Source: Thermoproteus sp.
Lineage (GTDB): Archaea; Thermoproteota; Thermoprotei; Thermoproteales; Thermoproteaceae
Direction: 5' to 3'
Length of the DNA stretch: 40,333 bases
Assembly (NCBI GenBank): GCA_049976425.1
Contig: JBMFIG010000013.1
Location: 1 to 40,333, forward strand
Position numbers and translations under genes: made by a program. Positions 29,061-37,451 of this stretch are shown here, one piece after another (within the stretch, counting starts at the first letter, position 1; each line of letters opens with the position of its first letter). Under the pieces are notes generated by a model that saw only the letters and a program-made list of their open reading frames with translations, searched no databases and was not told the origin of the DNA.

Positions 29061-29876
29061 CTATGATGTCACCATCTCAAGCCGAGAGCTCTCCTCTCCG
29101 CCTCTCTCCTTAAGGAAGAGATCCAGAGTCCCAAGGAACGTGAAGTCTGTCAGATAAACTTCGGCGAGTTCCGGCCTCAAGTCCACATATCTTAGGATAG
29201 TCCTATCGTCGGTGGTCAGTTGCGGCAGATTGGCTATGTCGAAGCCCGTTATTAGGGGGTGCGAGGCTGGAAGAATAACGATTCTGATATCTTCATCCAA
29301 ATCATATTGTTTATTATACATCTTCTCCATTAAAGCATCTTTATTCTGTTTTATCTTAATTATAGCATGTTCTCTAGTGACGTACCCTATCTCGTCCACT
29401 ATTGAGACTGAGGGGTGCGTGTGGCCCATGACCAAGACCTCGGCTCTTGCCAAGTCCTCGGGACGGGGCTTGGCGTGTCCATGTAATAGTAAGGTAGGCT
29501 TGACGCCGTCGAGCAGTACCCCTCTGCTGTCGGCTAAGTAGACGCCCTCTATGCCTTGCGAGATCTCGTCGAGCAAGCCGTCGTGGTTTCCCGGAATTAA
29601 TATAACCCTCTCGTATAGCTTCGCGAGATCCTTTAGGAACTGTCTGACCTCAGCGGCGGTCTCCCGCGGGGTAGGCAGCTCGTGTTTCACGTCGCCGAGT
29701 ATCGCCAGAGTGTTGGCCCCCGCCTCCTCGCCCCACTGTTTCAGGTTATTGAGAAGCCTGCTCGTCTGGCTAACGGCCCGTATTCCTCTGAGCCTAAGCT
29801 CGGCTTCGTAGCCGACGTGGGTATCGGCTACAAGCAATATGTTATCGCCATCGGCCTTGAAGACAATGCCCCTCAC
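29061..29876 (-). CDS. Metallophosphoesterase (ICC-like)
   Basis: ADTHVG, LGDVKH, PGNHDG, HGH, GHTHP. Confidence 0.88.
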   Translation of the reverse strand: MRGIVFKADGDNILLVADTHVGYEAELRLRGIRAVSQTSRLLNNLKQWGEEAGANTLAILGDVKHELPTPRETAAEVRQFLKDLAKLYERVILIPGNHDGLLDEISQGIEGVYLADSRGVLLDGVKPTLLLHGHAKPRPEDLARAEVLVMGHTHPSVSIVDEIGYVTREHAIIKIKQNKDALMEKMYNKQYDLDEDIRIVILPASHPLITGFDIANLPQLTTDDRTILRYVDLRPELAEVYLTDFTFLGTLDLFLKERGGEESSRLEMVTS

Positions 29877-29891
29877 ACGTTACTCTGGTTC

Positions 29892-30434
29892 TTAACTATT
29901 TAATTTTCTTGCTATATCCACAGCTACCTTGACCATCTTGGCGACTCCCACGCTCCTTAACCTGATAGGATCAACGCCATTAGCCCTATATATACGCAAT
30001 TGTTCATCGAAAGGAATTAAATAGATTTTACTATATTTACTATATAATACTATATATCTTAATTTAGGTCTTCCAATTATCATGTTAATCAATATACCTA
30101 GTTTCCGCCCTCGGGCGAGTTTCAAGAAGGTTCTGGCAGACTCCAAGGTGTGCGGGTCCTCGTCGGCCACGAATACAATATTTCTACAGGAAAGATAGAG
30201 GGAGAGCAGATCTCTATCGCTTAAGTGAAAAGCAGGGAAATCGTAGATCCTTATATCTCCATCTACTATGTCCGTCTCGATATCTATATCGGTTTTTATT
30301 TTGTATGGAATTTTAGAAAGATTAATTATAACAATATTTTTTTGATAGATATATTTCAGAACATGTGCCATAATTATGCTGAAAGTGGTCTTGCCGGTTC
30401 CGCCTCTAGAACCCGATGTGATGCAGATATCCAC
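29892..30434 (-). CDS. Minimal MinD/ParA-like ATPase
   Basis: Deviant Walker A SRGGTGKTT, switch II DFPA, ILINM, IPFDEQL. Confidence 0.8.
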   Translation of the reverse strand: MDICITSGSRGGTGKTTFSIIMAHVLKYIYQKNIVIINLSKIPYKIKTDIDIETDIVDGDIRIYDFPAFHLSDRDLLSLYLSCRNIVFVADEDPHTLESARTFLKLARGRKLGILINMIIGRPKLRYIVLYSKYSKIYLIPFDEQLRIYRANGVDPIRLRSVGVAKMVKVAVDIARKLNS

Positions 30435-30485
30435 AAGCTGTTTGGATCGTTAAAAGCTACGTTGCTTTTTAGGCTGTCAAAAACC

Positions 30486-30629
30486 GTGGATAGCCTAGTC
30501 GAATACCTCTACATATCAGGAGAAATTTCGTTAAAGGAATTTATAGATCTTTTATATAACTATAATTTACTTAAAAGAATTATAGTAACTATGAAAATAT
30601 ATTATAGAAAGAAAATAAATTATTTATGA
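30486..30629 (+). CDS. 47-aa microprotein with SHOCT-like motif
   Basis: GTG start gives MDSLVEYLYISGEISLKEFIDLLYNYNLLKRIIVTMKIYYRKKINYL. Divergent from the MinD-like gene. Confidence 0.5.
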   Translation: MDSLVEYLYISGEISLKEFIDLLYNYNLLKRIIVTMKIYYRKKINYL

Positions 30630-31087
30630 CAAAATATTTCGAAGTATTTTTTATCAGTCAGCTCCATTCTGTAGCCGTCCTCTCCATCACTGTAATAATT
30701 CTTAAGCGTTTCGACTATCTGAAAACCGGCCTTTCTGTATAAATCTATAGCTTCTTTATTGCTTATTCGAACTTCTAAATAGATTTTCTTAACAGTATTT
30801 GTTTTCAAAAGTTTTAAAGCGGTACAGAGAAGGGTCGACCCTATGCCTCTGCGTCTGGACTCCCTCCTCACGGCGATAGAGATTATATGGGCTGCCGGCC
30901 CCTCTATACAGGTAATAATATATCCGATAACTTTATTATTTTCAATATATATATATGAATTATCATAACAAAATGAGCAGAGGAATTTAAGTAAATCGAT
31001 ACTATATACATCTTCTTTCTTAAACGAGTCGAGCTCCACCTCATATACCTCGTTGAGCCTTTCGGCAGAACAGCGCTCCAAGGGCAC
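30620..31087 (-). CDS. rimI: N-terminal acetyltransferase (RimI/Ard1, GNAT)
   Basis: HIISIAV, RRRGIGS, YLEVRISN, LYRKAGF, YYSDGEDG. Confidence 0.92.
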   Translation of the reverse strand: MPLERCSAERLNEVYEVELDSFKKEDVYSIDLLKFLCSFCYDNSYIYIENNKVIGYIITCIEGPAAHIISIAVRRESRRRGIGSTLLCTALKLLKTNTVKKIYLEVRISNKEAIDLYRKAGFQIVETLKNYYSDGEDGYRMELTDKKYFEIFCHK

Positions 31088-31171
31088 TCTAGCCGATGGA
31101 TGCGGTGTTTATAGGCGTTGCGTAGCGCTTTTTGTCTATAGCTGATATATTGGCGTTAACGACGAATTGGC

Positions 31172-34012
31172 GTGCTTAATATTACAGACTCGCCGTTCAA
31201 CCCATCAGGGGTCACCCATCTACATAGGCTACACCGCGCGCTTGGGTTCGATAAGGAGCTAGCCCAGATCGCCGATCTATTCGACCTAGTCGCAAAAACC
31301 AGAAGCAACGTGCTTGCAGTAGTCGTCGCGCCCTACGGCTACGGCAAGAGCGAGTTCCTAGATGAAGTGCAGAGGGAGGCGGATTCGAGAGGGCTCAGGA
31401 CTATACGGGTGGCTCTGACGCACACGTTCAAGGAGGACATACTGAGAAGTTTACAGGAGAAGCGTCAGGGCGAGCCGTTGTTAGTGCTGATCGATGAGGC
31501 CGACGAGCTGTCGAGAATAGCAGCTATGCACAGGCTAGGCGCTCTGTCCAACGACGAGTTCAGGCAGGCGGTGATGGATCTGGCATCCATAGTGCGGGCG
31601 TTGCTCGAGCCGAGGAACTACCCCCAAGTGCTCAAGAACCCCGAGAACTACGATAGGGTGTTGGTGATCGCCGCATTAACGCCGCAGGTCTACTACACTA
31701 TACTCAAAAACGTAGTGCCGGACGTCTTTGACCTAACCACCGGCCGGGTGTATAAGGAGATAGTCCTCGACACGCGATACCCGTTTTGGCTCTTCGTCGA
31801 AATGGTGGCGTCGAGGCTGGACGCGTATATCAGAGCCAAAAGGCCGGACAAGCTTTGGCCCTTCACCCTAGGCGAACTGGCCGCTCTATACAATATAGCC
31901 GTAAAGAAGGGCGAGGTCAGTCCGAGATATCTGTTGAAATTGGCGGCCCGCCTATTCGAGCTGAAGAATAAGGGGAAAGGGCTTGCCGAGCTCGCCGAAG
32001 AGGAAGGAATATATATTCAGAAAAAGGAACTTGTTGAATATATATTATCTGGTCTTCCTGCTATTAATATAGAAGAGAAATATATAGATATCTTTAAGAA
32101 AAAATATCTATATAGAATACCGTTTAGCGATAAGGAGGCGGTGGCCGCCGTCAATAGGTTCCTCAAGCTAAGAGGCGGGGAGATCAAGCCTACCGACGAG
32201 AGATCCGCCTCATACGAGCCGAATCTATACTACACGATAATGGAAAACGGCGAGTTGATGATATATTTCGTCCACGACGAGGTGCTGGAAGAACTGAGAG
32301 AATATCTGCTAGGCGAGGCCTATGTCGTGAGCGACGACGTAATTTCCGCGGCCGACAAGAGGGAGGATATGTATAGGATAAGTAAGGAGTTGCTCGCCAA
32401 GTTGCAGGACCCCCAGCAGTTCCTTAATGAAATAGAAAAAATACTTGATCTAAATGGAATAAAAATAAAAATATGTTGTGGAAAAGCTATATGGTATAAT
32501 AATTTAGGATTTAGAGAATTAATATTGTTAATATATCTAGATAAAGAAAACGATATAAATAACATTAGAGGCTTTATGAGTAAGATAATAGCAGAAGGAG
32601 CACTAGAGGAATATCCAATAGACTATATAATAGCATATATATTTTCAAATGTTTTATTAACCGATGAATTGGAGGCTTCTATCTCTCAATTGCTTAAGAT
32701 TAGTTGGAAAAATCTATATCTAGATAGCGCCGGTAAATATGTTTATTTAAATATATATGGTGCAGATAAATTAGATAGGCTGAAAACTGATATTGTCAAG
32801 TTCCAAATCGATAGAATACTGGGCAGAGATGCCGGGCCTCTGGAGATGCTGGAAAATCTCAAGCTGTATAGAGAGAAGGCGCGGGAGAACGTGCTTAAGT
32901 ACACGCTGGCGTTGCGGAGAGGTAAGGAAAGGAAGGAGCTTTCCTTGCTGAAAGTCGCCGAGCAGCTTATCTCGGGCGAAATACCTGAAGGAATGACCGC
33001 ATACCATAGAGTCGTCGACGTGCTCATCAGAGGTATAGAAAACGACATGCACGAAAAAGAGCTCAAGACGTTTATAGCCAGGCTCTTCCCGGTAAACCTC
33101 TGGAGAGATCTACGCGAGGACGACTTGGTGACTCTTATGATCTACACCGGCTATCTAATTCCCCGAGACGATAGGATCTATGTTAAATTTAATATGGAAG
33201 ACGCACGTAGATATCTAGAGGCTTTATCGAAAGAATTATATACCTATTCTGAGGTCACAGTCTCTTTCAAGAGCAAGATTTTCGGGGAAATAAAGCTCTC
33301 CAAAAAGCTCGACATCGAGAAGATACCCCTCGAGTTTAGAGACGCCAAGGAATATGCGGCGTTAGTCGTTCGCCTCAAGAAGGCGTTGCTAGCGGCACAA
33401 CAGGAGGCGGTCGCCGTGAGAGGCGAGTTGGAGCAAGAGCTTAGGGCCAAGAAAGACCTTGTAGGGATTTTGGAGAAGCTCGCCGAAAGGATGCCGCAGA
33501 GGATCAAGTACATGGCTCTCGACGAAAAGGTAGCTGAGAGGGAGTCCACCATCCTCAAGGCCGTGGACGAGATCATGGAGATCTGGAAGGGCCTGCATCC
33601 ATTGGCGCGTGAGCTCGGCAAGGCTATCTCCGTCGAAGCGGATCTCGGAATTCTTCTGAATCTGCCGGAGCCCTGGGTCGAGGACTATCTGGCCACGCTA
33701 AGGCTCTACTCGGTTAAGCTCAGGGAGGAGTACGAGGCGTACAGAAAGGATTCGGAACGCCGGAGGAGAGTTGCCGAATGGGTTAAGGTCCGCCTAGGCG
33801 CGTCAGACGGCGTGGACGAGGTCTTGAAGAAGAAATCGGAGGAGCTCCAGGTACCCTACCGGTTGCTGTACGCCATAGCGTCGCGGGGTCCCGGCGCCGA
33901 ACTGGACCCGGATGTGCTGGCCTCAGAGGCCTCTATGGAGGCCTGGCTGGTGTCCAAGTACCTGGACGTGTTGGCAGAGAAGGGGCTAGTCGCGAAGAAG
34001 TATGTCTCCTAG
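31172..34012 (+). CDS. Large AAA+-like P-loop ATPase with coiled coil and C-terminal winged helix
   Basis: Walker A APYGYGKS, Walker B LLVLIDEADE, lid-like WPF...SPRYLL, heptad-rich C-terminal third, terminal LASEASMEAWLVSKYLDVLAEKGLV (wHTH pattern). Confidence 0.85.
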   Translation: MLNITDSPFNPSGVTHLHRLHRALGFDKELAQIADLFDLVAKTRSNVLAVVVAPYGYGKSEFLDEVQREADSRGLRTIRVALTHTFKEDILRSLQEKRQGEPLLVLIDEADELSRIAAMHRLGALSNDEFRQAVMDLASIVRALLEPRNYPQVLKNPENYDRVLVIAALTPQVYYTILKNVVPDVFDLTTGRVYKEIVLDTRYPFWLFVEMVASRLDAYIRAKRPDKLWPFTLGELAALYNIAVKKGEVSPRYLLKLAARLFELKNKGKGLAELAEEEGIYIQKKELVEYILSGLPAINIEEKYIDIFKKKYLYRIPFSDKEAVAAVNRFLKLRGGEIKPTDERSASYEPNLYYTIMENGELMIYFVHDEVLEELREYLLGEAYVVSDDVISAADKREDMYRISKELLAKLQDPQQFLNEIEKILDLNGIKIKICCGKAIWYNNLGFRELILLIYLDKENDINNIRGFMSKIIAEGALEEYPIDYIIAYIFSNVLLTDELEASISQLLKISWKNLYLDSAGKYVYLNIYGADKLDRLKTDIVKFQIDRILGRDAGPLEMLENLKLYREKARENVLKYTLALRRGKERKELSLLKVAEQLISGEIPEGMTAYHRVVDVLIRGIENDMHEKELKTFIARLFPVNLWRDLREDDLVTLMIYTGYLIPRDDRIYVKFNMEDARRYLEALSKELYTYSEVTVSFKSKIFGEIKLSKKLDIEKIPLEFRDAKEYAALVVRLKKALLAAQQEAVAVRGELEQELRAKKDLVGILEKLAERMPQRIKYMALDEKVAERESTILKAVDEIMEIWKGLHPLARELGKAISVEADLGILLNLPEPWVEDYLATLRLYSVKLREEYEAYRKDSERRRRVAEWVKVRLGASDGVDEVLKKKSEELQVPYRLLYAIASRGPGAELDPDVLASEASMEAWLVSKYLDVLAEKGLVAKKYVS

Positions 34013-34502
34013 AGTAGTGGTCATAAAGGAGGGGGAGTTGAGGCTCGATGGCGATGTGGTGATAGACGCCCGGCCGCCCTACGATTTCTACGACGTAGTG
34101 ATACTGGAGGGGAAAGAGCTACGCTCTGTAGTGGCCGTGGGCGAGGCCAAGGGAGACGCGGTGGTTGGATGGGGCAAATACACCGGCAAGCCGGTCGCGG
34201 TCTTCCTCAAAGGCGTGTTGTACCTAAGGGCGGTTCCGTTGACGCTGTACCAAGAAATGGGCTATCTAGAACGCGAGTTCTCTACAAGAGAGGAGGTCGA
34301 CGTAAAGAAACTGGTGGAGAGGCTAAAGAAGATAGTGTTGGAGGAAAGACGGAAGTACAAGAAATCGTCTTCGTTGCTCGCCTTGCAGAAATTCGTGGAC
34401 GGCGATGCGCCGTTGCCGAGCTATCTAGCAGACGTCCTCGGCCCTATTGGCAAGGACGTTGCGGCTAAGGTGTTGGAAGCGCTCTACAGCGAAATATATT
34501 GA
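34002..34502 (+). CDS. Hypothetical protein (beta-rich N-terminus, helical C-terminus)
   Basis: Overlaps the ATPase stop by 11 nt and the next start (TGATG). Confidence 0.8.
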   Translation: MSPRVVVIKEGELRLDGDVVIDARPPYDFYDVVILEGKELRSVVAVGEAKGDAVVGWGKYTGKPVAVFLKGVLYLRAVPLTLYQEMGYLEREFSTREEVDVKKLVERLKKIVLEERRKYKKSSSLLALQKFVDGDAPLPSYLADVLGPIGKDVAAKVLEALYSEIY

Positions 34503-35284
34503 TGAGGCAGCTCATATCCGAGATACTGCGCCTTGCCGAGATGGAGATACCTAAATATAGAGATAAATTGATAGAACTAGCGAGAGATATAGATGAGTAT
34601 AAAAAGGAAGCGGTGGAGAGACCCCGATATGTAGATACGCCGGACTATATCGCGATAGACTCCGGATATGCCGTGATTCAGTATAGATATTTAAATATAG
34701 CTATAATAGTTGTAGTTATAATTGATAAATATATAAATAGTGAAACTATATTATTTAGTTTTAAAAGAAATGAGGATATAGATTTAAATAGTTATATAAG
34801 AAAGCAGGAACTTGCGCGTGCTGAAAAACACAGCGGATATGTTCTGTCCGACGGTCCGTTGTCGCCCTATATGAAAGAGCCTAGAGGTTTCATCATCGGC
34901 GTCTCGAAAGATCCGGTAGCTCCTAGGTATTGGAAAGGCATAGGCGGCCGTGTAGGCGAATGGCTTAGGGAGATATCCGGCTACGTATCAGAGCTGTACG
35001 GAGCCGAGCTTCTGCTTCGGGGCGAGCCGCCGGGCTCTATGCTGAAGCCCGTAAAGCTTGGCAAATATCTTGTTACATATATAAAGGGTGACTCTGTGTT
35101 TTATGTCGAATTTCCTGAGTATATACCCAAGGATATTGTCGCATCATTTTTTAGGTATGGATATCCAATCAAGCTTAGAATTGCGCATAGATATGCAAAG
35201 ATCACTCGGGAGTATTTGAGGACCGTTAGGACAATAGCGCCTAGGCTTTTAGATATATCGACAAAATATAGGGAGTATCTATAA
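34502..35284 (+). CDS. nurA: NurA-family nuclease
   Basis: IAIDSG, RKQE, SDGPL, GVSKD, GYPIKLRIAHRYAKIT. All NurA signature blocks present in order. Confidence 0.85.
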   Translation: MRQLISEILRLAEMEIPKYRDKLIELARDIDEYKKEAVERPRYVDTPDYIAIDSGYAVIQYRYLNIAIIVVVIIDKYINSETILFSFKRNEDIDLNSYIRKQELARAEKHSGYVLSDGPLSPYMKEPRGFIIGVSKDPVAPRYWKGIGGRVGEWLREISGYVSELYGAELLLRGEPPGSMLKPVKLGKYLVTYIKGDSVFYVEFPEYIPKDIVASFFRYGYPIKLRIAHRYAKITREYLRTVRTIAPRLLDISTKYREYL

Positions 35285-35416
35285 GCCTTTATAAATATAT
35301 ATTAAATTAGCTATGGCTAGGTTGACACAATCATCTAGGTCCAGTTCGTGTTTTTTACAGATCTCCTTGAGCGCCTTATATTCGGCGGGCTTAAGCGAGA
35401 TCACGACACGTTCCAT
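35279..35416 (-). CDS. 45-aa ribbon-helix-helix (CopG/MetJ-like) protein, below the ORF-track cutoff
   Basis: MERVVISLKPAEYKALKEICKKHELDLDDCVNLAIANLIYIYKGL: alternating beta strand then two helices. TATA-like TTTTAATATATA upstream. Confidence 0.72.
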   Translation of the reverse strand: MERVVISLKPAEYKALKEICKKHELDLDDCVNLAIANLIYIYKGL

Positions 35417-35466
35417 ACATCTACTGGTGTATATATTAAAAGAGGATTTGTTAAAAATGTATACGT

Positions 35467-36066
35467 CTACTTCAATAAGCTCGTTATCTGCTGGAGCTTG
35501 TTCTTGACCTCCTCAAGTTCTCTGCGTAACCTGTCGTTCTCGGCCCTAAGCCTCTCCACCTCCCTAGACAGCTCCTCCTTCTCTCTCCTCAACGCCTCAC
35601 AGTCGGGCGCCGCCTGTCCGCACCTATCGCTTCTGATCCAGTAGACAAGTTCCGTCTTGTCCTTGTTCCACGTTATCTCGCCGGTGTCGGGATCTACGAG
35701 GAGCTCCGTCGATATCATAAAGATGTCGCCGCGCTCCAGCTTATGTTTGGGCACAGCCTCCTCGAAGAACCACTTCTTCAATCCGTCGAAGAGCTCTCTG
35801 GAGGTCTCTCTAAATTTTTCCGAGTCCCTGATCCGCGCGAAGATATTCTCGCCATCGGGCCCGAACTGCTCCCTGAGCGAGCCTGCAATTGCTCCGAAGA
35901 GTAGCTTGAAGAACTCGGGCCGGCCGCCGGGGCCGTACCGTCCGAAGAGTCTGCCTGCCGAGGTCTTTCCGGTGCTCCATCTAATCAACAGAAGCTTCTT
36001 GCCCTCGCGGGTGACGAGCTCTGAACGGACTTCTCCCCTTTCTTCCTCTCTCACCTCCTCGCCCAT
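35467..36066 (-). CDS. ThermoDBP, Thermoproteales single-stranded DNA-binding protein with C-terminal leucine zipper
   Basis: IRWSTGKTSAGRLFGRYGPGGRPEFFKLLFGA...GDIFMISTEL...YWIRSDR matches the T. tenax ThermoDBP sequence as I recall it. Heptad C-terminal tail. Confidence 0.9.
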   Translation of the reverse strand: MGEEVREEERGEVRSELVTREGKKLLLIRWSTGKTSAGRLFGRYGPGGRPEFFKLLFGAIAGSLREQFGPDGENIFARIRDSEKFRETSRELFDGLKKWFFEEAVPKHKLERGDIFMISTELLVDPDTGEITWNKDKTELVYWIRSDRCGQAAPDCEALRREKEELSREVERLRAENDRLRRELEEVKNKLQQITSLLK

Positions 36067-36110
36067 GGAGTATATATGGAGTACGTTTTTAATATTGAGT
36101 CGGGATCGCG

Positions 36111-37022
36111 GTGGTGTATTATAATATATACAGCGGCCCCCTCGCCAAGGGATGCGATATGTGCCTAGTGGGCGCTAAGGCGGTTATATTCATCACAGGT
36201 CTGTGCAGATATAGGTGCTTCTATTGTCCGGTGGATAGGGAGAGGTTCGGCAAGGACGTCGTGTACGTCAACGACGTGAGAGTAGATACGACGGACGACG
36301 TGGTACGCGAAGTCGCCGCGTCGGGCGCTACGGGAGCCGCCATAACTGGCGGAGATCCTCTCGAGGTCCCCGACAGAGTGATGGAGATCGCGTCGGCGCT
36401 GAAACGCGCGTTTGGAAAAGAGTTCCACATACATCTGTACACCAGGCCAACTAGCTTGGACAACAAGACGACGAATGCCCTAATAAACTCCGGCGTGGAC
36501 GAGGTGAGGCTACACTTCTTGAGCTACGGCGAGGTGGCGGGGAGGTTGCACTACATCGCGGCGCTTAAGTACGCCGGGCTTTCCGTAGGCGTCGAGGTCC
36601 CCGCGATACCCGGCCTTGAGGCGAGCATGTCGGCGGCGATAAACGCGTTGGCCGCACGCGGATTGGTCGACTTCGTGAACATCAACGAGCTCGACGTGTC
36701 CGACAGCAACATAGATATGTTGAGGCGTCTAGGCTATAGGGTGGGCGACGGGTCGGCGTACGGTAGCTTTGAGGCGGCCAAGCGACTAATGGGGCTTGTC
36801 AGGGGAGTCCCGGTCAATCTGTGTAGGAGCAAGACGAAGGATCTGTACCAGATAGGGGCGAGGGTCTTCAGAGAGGCCATGTTCTCCGCGGCATCCTCAG
36901 AGCGCGTGCAGGACGACGGAACTATAGAGTATACGGAAGACGGCGTACATCCCGGCTATAGGCTCGCCAGGAGCGTTAAGGTGAAGATCAAACTTGGGGG
37001 GAAGTATCTGGAGATCGCGTAG
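36111..37022 (+). CDS. Radical SAM protein (COG2108-like)
   Basis: KGC..C, FITGLCRYRCFYCP, ITGGDP, HIHLYT, DEVRLH, NINEL. Confidence 0.88.
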   Translation: MVYYNIYSGPLAKGCDMCLVGAKAVIFITGLCRYRCFYCPVDRERFGKDVVYVNDVRVDTTDDVVREVAASGATGAAITGGDPLEVPDRVMEIASALKRAFGKEFHIHLYTRPTSLDNKTTNALINSGVDEVRLHFLSYGEVAGRLHYIAALKYAGLSVGVEVPAIPGLEASMSAAINALAARGLVDFVNINELDVSDSNIDMLRRLGYRVGDGSAYGSFEAAKRLMGLVRGVPVNLCRSKTKDLYQIGARVFREAMFSAASSERVQDDGTIEYTEDGVHPGYRLARSVKVKIKLGGKYLEIA

Positions 37023-37047
37023 GTGTTTTTAACCAGGAGCAGTTTAC

Positions 37048-37374
37048 ATGAAGCTGTACCTGGCGCTGATAGCTATAGCCGTCGGCGTCTACGCGTCAGC
37101 CGTTAACGGCACAAACGCCACAGCTCCCGTAGGGGTCCTAGACAATATAAATAATATAATAAATAATTGGTTAAATTTAGGTACAAACTTTCTAGTTAAT
37201 CTAGAATATACATTAAAGTATTATATTGTTAAAATATCGGAAGTAGCGGCCGTCATTATGGCTATGATAGGGGCATTTCTATATTTCACAAGGCTAAGCA
37301 AGTATACCGGGCGTAGTCTGCTCATAGGCGCCGTGTTGCTGTACCTCTTCGCAGAGATCCTAAAGGGCATCTGA
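37048..37374 (+). CDS. Signal-peptide-bearing helical-hairpin membrane protein, VirB2/CedA1/TedC-like pilin candidate
   Basis: N-terminal signal peptide (AVGVYA/SA), NGT/NAT sequons, amphipathic helix, then two TM helices joined by a short basic loop (TRLSKYTGR). Confidence 0.55.
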   Translation: MKLYLALIAIAVGVYASAVNGTNATAPVGVLDNINNIINNWLNLGTNFLVNLEYTLKYYIVKISEVAAVIMAMIGAFLYFTRLSKYTGRSLLIGAVLLYLFAEILKGI

Positions 37375-37415
37375 CGCCGCGTGGAGCTACGCCACGGCGG
37401 CCGTCCCAACGTAGT

Positions 37416-37431
37416 CGGAAAGCTTTAAAAG
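37416..37431 (+). promoter_or_regulatory. BRE/TATA promoter of tRNA-Lys
   Basis: CGGAAAG-C-TTTAAAAG about 20 nt upstream of the tRNA 5' end. Confidence 0.75.
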
Positions 37432-37451
37432 TATAGGGAATATACGTCAAG

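Noticed and set aside
29062-29110. Possible C box ATGATGT plus CCGA after the Clp1 stop
   Set aside because: No convincing C' or terminal D box at the right spacing.
31172-34012. Calling the large ATPase HerA, Rad50/SMC or Cdc6
   Set aside because: No HAS barrel or HerA motifs, Walker A and B are adjacent rather than split by the coiled coil, no ABC signature or Zn hook, and it is far longer than Cdc6/Orc1.
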